A stretch of 64,000 nt of DNA, from NCBI GenBank assembly GCA_965200125.1, contig OZ241332.1, positions 2,334,413-2,398,412 on the forward strand. Reading direction: 5' to 3'. Made by a program: the position numbers and the translations under genes. Of the stretch, positions 1 to 7,548 are shown piece by piece. This DNA comes from an uncultured Candidatus Binatia bacterium (GTDB lineage Bacteria; Desulfobacterota; Binatia; Bin18). A model generated the notes under the pieces. It saw only the letters and a list, made by a program, of their open reading frames with translations, was not told the DNA's origin and ran no database searches. Positions within the stretch are counted from its first letter, which is position 1; each line of letters starts with the position of its first letter.

Positions 1-695
1 GCCCAACAACGACCTTCGGGTGGAGCATACCTGATGCCGGCGGGGGTCGTAATGGTATAAAACTGGCTCGGGGTTGCATGGCCGGTTTGACCCGTAAAAT
101 CCGTGGACGCCCATACCCCTTTTGGGTCATTATCGGGATTCGTGAAACTTTTGGCTTTGTCTTCCGTCAACGGAACCTTGTTCAAGTTGACAAGAGTAGA
201 GTCCCTTGCGTAGGTCAGCACGTGATCGTGGGCTGCGCCTAGTCTCAATCTTGCGTCCGGCGAGGTTCTCTTTTGCCATAAAACGTTCGCAACGAAATTC
301 TTTCGACCAAATACTTCATCCATGACGACCTTGAGATAATGCGCCTCGTTGTCGTCGATGTTGATCCAGATCGAGCCGTCCTCGGCCAGCAATTCGCGCA
401 GGAGTTCGAGCCGCGGCCACATCATCGTCAGCCACTGTGTATGTTCGAGATTGTCGTCGTAATGCTCGAAGGCCGAGCGGGTATTGTACGGTGGGTCGAT
501 GTAGATGCACTTCACGCGCCCGGCGTAGAACGGCAGCAGCGCCTTGAGTGCCTCCAGATTGTCGCCCTGCACGAGCATGTTGCCGGCATCCGCATCCCCC
601 GCGGACAGGTCGGGCACTTCCTCCAGCAGCCGATACGGCGCACGGGAGGCGGCACGAATATCCTCGTCGCGGGTCAGCCAGTGGAGGGTAGGCAT
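1..695 (-). CDS. DNA methyltransferase, N6-adenine/N4-cytosine beta-class (type III Mod-like). This is the N-terminal part; the 3' end lies off-window to the left.
   Basis: This frame is not in the ORF track because it has no stop inside the window. My reverse translation from ATG 695-693 reads MPTLHWLTRDEDIRAASRAPYRLLEEVPDLSAGDADAGNMLVQGDNLEALKALLPFYAGRVKCIYIDPPYNTRSAFEHYDDNLEHTQWLTMMWPRLELLRELLAEDGSIWINIDDNEAHYLKVVMDEVFGRKNFVANVLWQK... It contains the DPPY catalytic motif and the LVQGDNLE / IDDNE blocks typical of Mod-type methylases. Confidence 0.8.
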   Translation of the reverse strand, partial: MPTLHWLTRDEDIRAASRAPYRLLEEVPDLSAGDADAGNMLVQGDNLEALKALLPFYAGRVKCIYIDPPYNTRSAFEHYDDNLEHTQWLTMMWPRLELLRELLAEDGSIWINIDDNEAHYLKVVMDEVFGRKNFVANVLWQKRTSPDARLRLGAAHDHVLTYARDSTLVNLNKVPLTEDKAKSFTNPDNDPKGVWASTDFTGQTGHATPSQFYTITTPAGIRYAPPEGRCW

Positions 696-2065
696 CAGTC
701 AGCATCCGCCTGTGGGGCTTCCGACATGGCTTCGTTGTACTCGGCAATCCATTGTTCGGCTTCTTCGGCGGTGTAGGATCCGGTAGTGACCTCGCTATAT
801 TTCGGCAATTTGTAGCTTGCTGGTTTGCCAACGTGTGGGTACAGTCGTTCTTGCCCTGCCTTTGCTTGTTCTTCAGGCAAATACTTGCAAGAAGAATCCA
901 GATCTTCTTGACTCAGCCCGCCTTCAAAAATCACTCCAGATGTATCAGCATCTTTCCCAACTTGGCGCCTTACGTCCTCTTCAAATGGGAGGCCGAGGCT
1001 CATTTCCCATAAAACTCCCTCCATCTTCGTTTTGGATAGCATAGCTTCTTGTAGTTGTGTCGAAGGAAGCCTCGCCCCTTGTAGCTGCGCTTCCGAAAGA
1101 TTGGCTCCTTGTAGCTGCGCCATAAGAAGATATGCCCCTTGGAGATGTGCCCTTCGAAGATTTGCCCATTGTAGCTCCGCCCCCGCCATATCAGCCCCTT
1201 GAATTTGTACCCTTTCGAGATTTGCCCTTTGTAGCTCCGCTGATGAAAGATGCGCCCCTTGGAGATGTGCCCTTCGAAGATTTACCCCTTGGAGCTGGGC
1301 ACACCCGAGTCTAGCTTTCTGTAGTTGCGCCCTCGAAAGCTCGGCCCCTTGGAGCCGCGCCCAAGAAAGGTGCGCTCCTTGGAGTTGCACTTGAGTCAGG
1401 GCGGCCTTCTCTAAATGTGCTTCATCGAGATGTGCTCCGTTCAGGAAGCTGTGCTCTAAATTGATCTGAAGCCCCTCGAACACATGGTACTCTTGAACGA
1501 AAAGCAACGTCAGCAAACTTTGGATTTCTTCCGAGGGTTTGTTCTTGTGTTTTTGTCGGTATTTTTCCTCGCCCGTCGTCCGACGAATGTGAGCACAGAG
1601 AATGTCAAGTACGGTCTGGCGTAACTTCGGGGTGTCTTCCGCCAGATGGAAGAGTTCGTAGGCTCCGCCGAGGCGTACGGAGTCGGACGAGTTTCCAAGA
1701 TGCTCTATGGCGTTTTTCAGGCGTTCCTGCCGTCGGCCTTGCTCGGTGTTCTCGTTGGCTTTCGCCTGCTGCTTCGTGGCTTCGACCTGCGCGTTGGCGG
1801 TGTCTTCCATCGCCTTGGCACGCTTGTGAGAAGCGAAAGCTTGCAAGGCGAGCAGAATACCCCCCATCCCGATGCCGAGAAACTTCAAAACCTCGTGCTT
1901 TTCTTCCAGACCTAAAAGCTCGGATATGCAGCTTTCGGCCCCTTCACAGAAGATGACGGCCAGGAAAAGCACGAACAAGACACCAAGCAACCCGACGAAA
2001 ATGCCGACCGCCTTGTTGACGAGCCAGTGCCACGCTTTCGAAATATATTCTCTCACGCGCCGCAT
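695..2065 (-). CDS. Membrane-anchored pentapeptide-repeat protein (456 aa from the internal ATG at 2065).
   Basis: Track ORF 695..2194. The upstream extension runs into a repeat element, so I take MRRVREYISKAW (ATG 2065-2063) as the start. Two hydrophobic helices follow (VGIFVGLLGVLFVLFLAVIF and FLGIGMGGILLALQAF). Then comes a long run of A(D/N)LxG-type pentapeptides (AHLQGAHLSSAELQRANLERVQIQGADMAGAELQWANLRRAHLQGAYLLMAQLQGANLSEAQLQGARL). The TGA at 697-695 overlaps the methylase ATG by 1 nt. Confidence 0.8.
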   Translation of the reverse strand: MRRVREYISKAWHWLVNKAVGIFVGLLGVLFVLFLAVIFCEGAESCISELLGLEEKHEVLKFLGIGMGGILLALQAFASHKRAKAMEDTANAQVEATKQQAKANENTEQGRRQERLKNAIEHLGNSSDSVRLGGAYELFHLAEDTPKLRQTVLDILCAHIRRTTGEEKYRQKHKNKPSEEIQSLLTLLFVQEYHVFEGLQINLEHSFLNGAHLDEAHLEKAALTQVQLQGAHLSWARLQGAELSRAQLQKARLGCAQLQGVNLRRAHLQGAHLSSAELQRANLERVQIQGADMAGAELQWANLRRAHLQGAYLLMAQLQGANLSEAQLQGARLPSTQLQEAMLSKTKMEGVLWEMSLGLPFEEDVRRQVGKDADTSGVIFEGGLSQEDLDSSCKYLPEEQAKAGQERLYPHVGKPASYKLPKYSEVTTGSYTAEEAEQWIAEYNEAMSEAPQADAD

Positions 2066-2145
2066 AACCGAATCGATCACGCCGCATGATACTTGGGCAA
2101 CGTCCGAGATACAAATCAGGCACCCGGGACCCCCACCCCGGCCTC

Positions 2146-2212
2146 CCCTTCGACCTTTCGATCCTTCGACACGCTCAGGACACCGCGGGCTCAAGGACCG
2201 GGGGGAGGGGGT
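2146..2212. repeat. REP-like composite element, family A (ctgagc..gtcgaagg type), reverse orientation.
   Basis: The reverse complement (ccccctccccccggtccttgagcccgcggtgtcctgagcgtgtcgaaggatcgaa..) matches the copies at 2921-3018, 4152-4252 and 10103-10170. Confidence 0.7.
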
Positions 2213-2226
2213 CGGTACCGTAGCCT

Positions 2227-2326
2227 GTAGGTCGGATTAGCCGTAGGCGTAATCCGACATCCTCCACCGGGTGCCCAGCGGCCCTGTCTCCCCGTTGTCG
2301 GATTACGCTTCGCTAATCCGACCTAC
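2227..2326. repeat. Inverted pair of palindromic REP units (gtaggtcggattagc..gcgtaatccgaca).
   Basis: The arm at 2227-2259 and the arm at 2296-2326 are near reverse complements. Each arm is itself a hairpin (tcggatta...taatccga). Confidence 0.7.
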
Positions 2327-2559
2327 ACGGACTCGGACAGTCTCGCATAGTTCCGGCGAAAATCATCGCCACGAACGCCCCTCTCCCCGGATCAGGTCCG
2401 GGGCAGGCTCTAACCCTCCCCCACGAGGGGGTCGAGGAGGGGACAGAAGGCAGACGAACGGAAATCGGAGACTCGGTACGGGCGCCCGCTCCGCTCCCCC
2501 TCCCCTCGTGGGAGAGGGCTGGGGAGAGGGGGAAAAAAACGGGAACCTGCTTGCATCGA

Positions 2560-2654
2560 GGTGTATATTGCGGAAGGAAACCGCGTTGGTCCACATGATC
2601 TCTGCCCGAGACATGAGCCGGAAGGAGCGCACCCGTTATGAGCCGAAAGCGTAA
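2560..2654 (+). pseudogene. BrnT-family toxin, C-terminal remnant only.
   Basis: The tail of track ORF 2271..2654 reads ..ETALVHMISARDMSRKERTRYEPKA*. This is the characteristic (I/V)ISAR..(S/T)..ER..Y end of BrnT/DUF497 toxins. Everything upstream is repeat-derived sequence. Confidence 0.45.
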
Positions 2655-2775
2655 ACCCATTCCCGTCTTCAGGAGCGAGGCCGAGGAACGCGCCTTCTGG
2701 GAACGGCACGACTCGACCGACTACGTGGACTGGAACACGGCCGAGCCGGTCCGGTTCGGCAATCTGAAACCGTCC
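2638..2775 (+). pseudogene. BrnA-type (CopG/RHH) antitoxin, N-terminal remnant with the RHH domain missing.
   Basis: MSRKRKPIPVFRSEAEERAFWERHDSTDYVDWNTAEPVRFGNLKPS matches the BrnA N-terminal block (EEE..FW..HDSTDY....NLKPS). The ORF then reads straight into a ccctctccc..gggagaggg repeat (..PPLPNPLPPGERG*). It has a 17-nt overlap with the BrnT remnant, as in intact brnTA pairs. Confidence 0.55.
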
Positions 2776-2837
2776 GCGCGACCGGTTGACCGTCATTCCG
2801 GCGGACGCCCCGGCCACGGACGGCCCCCTCTCCCCAA

Positions 2838-2860
2838 CCCTCTCCCACCAGGGGAGAGGG
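2838..2860. repeat. Perfect 9-bp hairpin of the ccctctccc-N5-gggagaggg class.
   Basis: ccctctccc (2838-2846) pairs with gggagaggg (2852-2860). The same hairpin class is perfect at 8515-8535, 10307-10327, 12931-12951 and 32122-32142. Confidence 0.8.
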
Positions 2861-2920
2861 GATAGAACGGACAGAATCGGACTCGCCCCTTGCTTCATCT
2901 TTACGTTCGTCCGCTTTCTG

Positions 2921-3018
2921 TCCCCTCCCCCCGGTCCCTGAGCTTGCGGTGTCCCGGGCTCGGTCCCTGAGCCTGTCGAAGGGTCGAAGGGCATGGGGGA
3001 GGGCTAGGGAGAGGGGCA
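2921..3018. repeat. REP-like composite element, family A, forward orientation.
   Basis: tcccctccccccggtccctgagcttgcggtgtcccgggctcggtccctgagcctgtcgaagggtcgaaggg.. aligns by eye with 4152-4252. Confidence 0.7.
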
Positions 3019-3163
3019 GGAAAAAGCGCGCAAACCGAGGGGAATCGGCTCTCCGTTTCGGTTTGCCCTGTGCGGCGTTCGTGCTATGTGGCGGGAAATC
3101 TGCACGCGAGTTGCAGACGGACCTACGGCAACGGAATCGCAATCAGTTCAAGAGGAGGGCCGC

Positions 3164-4132
3164 ATGGAATTGACCAAAGACACGCTGCTGTGGATGTACG
3201 AACGGATGCAGACCATCCGGCAGTTCGAGGACCGCGTCAAGGTCGAGTTCGGCAAGGGGAAGATTCCCGGCTTCGTGCATCTGTACGCCGGGGAAGAGGC
3301 CGTGGCGGTCGGCATCTGCGCGAATCTGACCGACGCGGACTTCATGACCTCCACGCACCGCGGCCACGGCCACTGCATCGCCAAGGGCGTGGACGTGAAG
3401 GGCATGATGGCCGAGCTGTACGGCAAGGCGACCGGCATCTGTAAGGGCAAAGGCGGCTCCATGCACATCGCCGACATGGACAAGGGGATGCTGGGGGCGA
3501 ACGGCATCGTGGGCGGCGGGCCGCCGCTGGCGTGCGGGTCCGGGCTGACGGCCAAGACCAGGAAGACCGATCAGGTCACGATCTGTTTCTTCGGCGACGG
3601 TGCGTCCGAACAGGGCACCCTGCACGAAAGCCTGAATCTGGCCGCGATCTGGGACCTGCCCGTGGTGTTCATCGCCGAGAACAACGGCTATGCCGAGTCC
3701 ACGCCGTCCGCCTATCATTGCAGCGTGGAGAACATCGCGGACCGCGCCGCGGCCTACAACATGCCGGGCGTGACCGTGGACGGGAACGACATCTTCGCGG
3801 TGCACGAGGCCGCGGGCGAAGCCATTGCGCGCGCCCGGGGTGGGCAGGGACCGACCCTGCTGGAATGTAAGACGTACCGCTTCAACGGGCATTTCGAGGG
3901 CGACGCGCAGACCTACAAGGTGCCCGAGGAAAACGAGAAGTATCGAACCACGCTCGACCCCATAAAACTCTTCCGGGAAAACGTGCTGGCGCGCAACGCC
4001 GTGGCCGAGAACGAGTTGCAAACCGTCGACGAACGGGTGCAATCCGCCATCGACGCCGCGGTCACCTTCGCCGAAGACAGCCCCTTCCCCCAAGCCCAAG
4101 AGACCTTCACCGACGTTTACGTCAGCTACTGA
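3164..4132 (+). CDS. acoA: Thiamine-diphosphate-dependent 2-oxoacid (acetoin/pyruvate-type) dehydrogenase, E1 alpha subunit.
   Basis: Track ORF 3086..4132. I take the start at MELTKD (ATG 3164), preceded by aagaggaggg. Diagnostic blocks are YAGEEAVAVG, HRGHGHCIAKG, GKGGSMH and FFGDGASEQGTLHESLNLA..ENNGYA. The symbol is tentative and rests on the adjacent acoX-like gene. Confidence 0.85.
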   Translation: MELTKDTLLWMYERMQTIRQFEDRVKVEFGKGKIPGFVHLYAGEEAVAVGICANLTDADFMTSTHRGHGHCIAKGVDVKGMMAELYGKATGICKGKGGSMHIADMDKGMLGANGIVGGGPPLACGSGLTAKTRKTDQVTICFFGDGASEQGTLHESLNLAAIWDLPVVFIAENNGYAESTPSAYHCSVENIADRAAAYNMPGVTVDGNDIFAVHEAAGEAIARARGGQGPTLLECKTYRFNGHFEGDAQTYKVPEENEKYRTTLDPIKLFRENVLARNAVAENELQTVDERVQSAIDAAVTFAEDSPFPQAQETFTDVYVSY

Positions 4133-4151
4133 CCTCCCCCTTTCGTCTTGT

Positions 4152-4252
4152 TCCCTCCCCCCGGTCCTGAGCCTGCGGTGTCCTGAGCTCGGTCCCTGAG
4201 CCTGTCGAAGGGTGTCGAAGGATCGAAGGGTGAGGGAGAAGGCCAGGGGGGG
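4152..4252. repeat. REP-like composite element, family A, lying between the E1 alpha and beta genes.
   Basis: ttccctccccccggtcctgagcctgcggtgtcctgagctcggtccctgagcctgtcgaagggtgtcgaaggatcgaaggg. A second unit (ccgtttcgacaggctcaacgggctg, about 4362-4390) is the reverse complement of the units at about 48260-48290 and 49575-49605. Confidence 0.7.
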
Positions 4253-4475
4253 ACCGAGCGAGCGAAAGGGTTCCGAACTCACGCCACGACAGCATTGGAA
4301 ACCCCCACCGTCTCCGCCATCAACCAAGCAAAGGGGAATGACAGACGAGATGTGGTCCGGGAACCGTTTCGACAGGCTCAACGGGCTGACGCCCAACCTG
4401 GTCGAGAAGCCCGGTCTCTGAGCCCGGGCAAGTTCCAGAATCAACGTCCCGTCATCCCCGATCGGAGGAACCGTC

Positions 4476-5489
4476 ATGCCGGAACGCGAACTCAACTTTG
4501 GGCAGGCCCTGAACGAGGCCATGAGTATGGAGATGCGCCGCGACCCGAACGTCGTGCTGATGGGCGAGGATGTGGCCGGCGGCGCCGGCGTCGAACACCT
4601 GGAGGGCGACGAAGCCTGGGGCGGGGTGCTGGGCGTCACCAAAGGCATGGTCAAGGAATTCGGCCGCGAGCGCGTGATCGACACCCCGATCAGCGAGTCG
4701 GGCTTCATCGGCGCTTCGGTCGGCGCCGCGGTGACCGGCCTGCGGCCGATTGCCGAAATGATGTTCGTCGGCTTCATGGGTGTCTGTTTCGACCAGATTC
4801 TGAATCAGGGGGCCAAGCTCCGGTACATGTTCGGGGGCAAAGCCAAGGTGCCGCTCGTGATCCGCACGCTGTGCGGCGGCGGCTACCGGGCCGCGGCCCA
4901 GCACTCGCAGGTGCTCTACTCGCTGTTCACCCACGTGCCGGGCCTCAAGACCATCGTGCCCAGCTCGCCGTACGACGCCAAGGGGCTGCTGATTTCCGCG
5001 ATCCGCGACGACGATCTCGTGATCTTCTTCGAGGACATCACCCTCGGCGCCATGAAAGGGCCGGTGCCCGAAGACGATTACACGATTCCGCTCGGCAAGG
5101 CCGAGATCAAACGGCCGGGCACGGACGTGACCGTGGTCGCCATCGGCAAGATGGTCCACCACGCCATGACCGCCGCGGAGGAACTCGACGAACAGGGCAA
5201 GAGCGCGGAGGTGATCGACCCGCGCACCCTGTCGCCGTTCGACGAAGACGCGGTACTCGCCTCGGTCGAGAAGACCGGCCGGCTGGTCATCGTCGACGAG
5301 TCGCACCCACGCTGCAACGTCGCCACGGACATCGCCGCATTGGTCGCGGACAAGGGCTTCGACTTTCTGAACGCGCCGATCAAGACCGTGGCCGCGCCGC
5401 ATACGCCGGTGCCGTTCAGCCCCCCGCTGGAAGATCACTATCTGCCCGGCCCGCAGAAGATCCGCGACGCCGCGCTCGGCCTGTTCTGA
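4476..5489 (+). CDS. acoB: 2-oxoacid dehydrogenase, E1 beta subunit.
   Basis: ATG 4476 is preceded by ggagga. MPERELNFGQALNEAMSMEMRRDPNVVLMGEDV.., DTPISESGFIG and the C-terminal transketolase-like block are present. Confidence 0.9.
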   Translation: MPERELNFGQALNEAMSMEMRRDPNVVLMGEDVAGGAGVEHLEGDEAWGGVLGVTKGMVKEFGRERVIDTPISESGFIGASVGAAVTGLRPIAEMMFVGFMGVCFDQILNQGAKLRYMFGGKAKVPLVIRTLCGGGYRAAAQHSQVLYSLFTHVPGLKTIVPSSPYDAKGLLISAIRDDDLVIFFEDITLGAMKGPVPEDDYTIPLGKAEIKRPGTDVTVVAIGKMVHHAMTAAEELDEQGKSAEVIDPRTLSPFDEDAVLASVEKTGRLVIVDESHPRCNVATDIAALVADKGFDFLNAPIKTVAAPHTPVPFSPPLEDHYLPGPQKIRDAALGLF

Positions 5490-5540
5490 TCGCGGCCGGG
5501 GTGGGCCACGCCGCCCGCCCCGGAACGCCCCTCCCACCGC

Positions 5541-6521
5541 ATGGCCGCCGTCGGCATCATCGCCAACCCGCGCGCGGGCAAGGACATCCGCCGCCTGGTC
5601 GCCCACGGCTCGATTCTCGACACCCAGGAAAAAGTGTACATCGTGCGCCGCGCGATCCTCGGCATCCAGGGCGCGGGCGCCGGCGAGGTCGTGCTGTTCC
5701 CGGACCCGGCCAACATCGCGTCCAAAGCCCTGTCCGGCATCGAGAACGAGTTGTCCATGACCGCGCGCTTTCTGGACATGTCGGTCTTCGACGAGGCGGG
5801 CGACTCGACCCGCGCAGCGCGGCTGATGCATGAGCAGGGCGTGGCGTGCGTCATCGTGATCGGTGGGGACGGCACCAACCGCGTGGTCACCAAGGGCAGC
5901 GGCGCCATGCCGCTCGTGCCGCTGTCCACGGGCACGAACAACGCGTTTCCGCAGTTCCTGGAATCCACGTTGGCCGGGCTGGCCGCGGGCTATTACGCGG
6001 CGCACGGCTTTCCCGTGGACACCTGTACCCGCCGAAGCAAACGGCTCGACCTGTACTGCAACGGCGCGTTGCACGATGTCGCATTGGTGGACGCCGCGGT
6101 GTGCGATTACCAGTTCATCGGCGCCCGTGCGGTGTGGGAGGTGGACCGGCTGAAGGAACTCTTCCTCACGCAGGGCCGACCGACGAACATCGGCTTGGCG
6201 TCCATCGGCGGGATGCTGCATCCGGTATCCCCCGCGGAGGATTGCGGCTTGGCCGTCGTACTCGGAGACGGCGGGCCGCGGCTGACCGCGCCGATCGCCC
6301 CGGGCATGGTGGTATCCGTGCCGGTCCGGCGGCATGCACCGATGCGACCGGGCGACCGTCTGCCGGTCGGATTCACGCCGTCCATCATCGCCTTGGACGG
6401 CGAGCGGGAGTTGGTGGTGAACGCGGAGGACCACTGGGAAGTGGAACTGTCCTGGAACGGGCCGCGCGTGCTGGAAATCGACAAGGTGATGGATGCGGCG
6501 CGGCACGTCTCACGACCGTAA
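5541..6521 (+). CDS. acoX: ATP-NAD kinase-like protein (AcoX-like).
   Basis: MAAVGIIANPRAGKD.. and VIVIGGDGTNRVV..PLSTGTNNAFP form a diacylglycerol/NAD-kinase fold signature. The position after E1 alpha/beta matches aco clusters. The symbol is tentative. Confidence 0.7.
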   Translation: MAAVGIIANPRAGKDIRRLVAHGSILDTQEKVYIVRRAILGIQGAGAGEVVLFPDPANIASKALSGIENELSMTARFLDMSVFDEAGDSTRAARLMHEQGVACVIVIGGDGTNRVVTKGSGAMPLVPLSTGTNNAFPQFLESTLAGLAAGYYAAHGFPVDTCTRRSKRLDLYCNGALHDVALVDAAVCDYQFIGARAVWEVDRLKELFLTQGRPTNIGLASIGGMLHPVSPAEDCGLAVVLGDGGPRLTAPIAPGMVVSVPVRRHAPMRPGDRLPVGFTPSIIALDGERELVVNAEDHWEVELSWNGPRVLEIDKVMDAARHVSRP

Positions 6522-6561
6522 GGAGGTCGAATCCGACGCCGCGCACCGAATATCTCACGCC

Positions 6562-7542
6562 ATGAAGATCGTACTGTGTTCCACCCATTTTCCGCACTGC
6601 GCGGAAACGCTGCGCCGTCACCTGCCGGACGACACGGTGATCGCATGTCCCGCCGAAGACGTGGCTACGGCCACGCGCGACGCCGACGTGATCGTGCCGA
6701 CCATGCACCGCGTGGACGCCGCGATCATCCGCGGCACCGGGGCCGCCATGATCCACCAGTTCGGAGTCGGGCTGGAAGGCGTGGACATCCCGGCTGCGAC
6801 CGCGCGCGGCATCTACGTCGCCAACGTGCCGGGACGGGAGGGCGCCGGCAACGCCATGTCGGTGGCCGAGCACGCCATCTGGTTGATGCTCTGTCTGGCG
6901 CGCAAATTTCCGCAGGCGGCGGAGAACGTGCGCAAGGGCGTCTTCGGGTCGCCGATGGGCCGCGGGCTGCTCGGCACGACCGTGGCGCTCGTCGGCGTGG
7001 GCAGCATCGGCACGCAACTCGCACGGCGCCTGCGTCACTTCGGGGTGCGGTTGCTGGGCGTGAAGCAGCACCCGTCCGAAGACATGCGCACCGCGTTCGG
7101 CTTCGAGCGGCTGGGCGGGCCGGACGACCTGCACGCCACGTTGGCCGAAGCGGATTTCGCGGTGCTCGCCGTGCCGGTCACGCCGCGGACGCGGGGCATG
7201 ATCGACGCCGCGGCCTTCGCCCGTATGAAACGGAACGCCTTCCTCGTCAACGTCGGCCGCGGGCCGGTCATCGATCACGCTGCGCTGGTCGCCGCCCTGG
7301 AGAACAGAGAAATCGCGGGTGCCGGGCTGGACGTGTTCTGGGACGAGCCGGTGGACCCGGACGACGCGATGTTCCGACACAACGTCATCGCCACCCCCCA
7401 CACCGCGGGCGTCACGGACATTTCGTACGACGACATCGCGCGCGGCGTGGCGGCCAACGTCAACCGGCTGCGCGCAGGCGAGCCGCCCATCAACTGCGTC
7501 AACCTGGCCGAGGTGCAGGCGCAGCGAGCCGGGGAACGTTAG
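6562..7542 (+). CDS. D-isomer-specific 2-hydroxyacid dehydrogenase, NAD-binding.
   Basis: Internal ATG at 6562 (MKIVLCS). Motifs include GVGLEGVD, VALVGVGSIGTQLARRL (Rossmann fold), LVNVGRGPVID and TPHTAG. Confidence 0.85.
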   Translation: MKIVLCSTHFPHCAETLRRHLPDDTVIACPAEDVATATRDADVIVPTMHRVDAAIIRGTGAAMIHQFGVGLEGVDIPAATARGIYVANVPGREGAGNAMSVAEHAIWLMLCLARKFPQAAENVRKGVFGSPMGRGLLGTTVALVGVGSIGTQLARRLRHFGVRLLGVKQHPSEDMRTAFGFERLGGPDDLHATLAEADFAVLAVPVTPRTRGMIDAAAFARMKRNAFLVNVGRGPVIDHAALVAALENREIAGAGLDVFWDEPVDPDDAMFRHNVIATPHTAGVTDISYDDIARGVAANVNRLRAGEPPINCVNLAEVQAQRAGER

Positions 7543-7548
7543 CCGGCC

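Noticed and set aside
3143-6506. Very long ORFs overlapping or antisense to the aco genes (3143..4777 minus, 544 aa; 4452..6506 minus, 684 aa; 4295..5833 plus, 512 aa).
   Set aside because: Their translations are low-complexity Arg/Gly/Pro/Ala/His-rich strings with no family motifs, as expected for stop-poor off-frames of high-GC DNA. The overlapping frames carry unambiguous E1-alpha, E1-beta and AcoX signatures.
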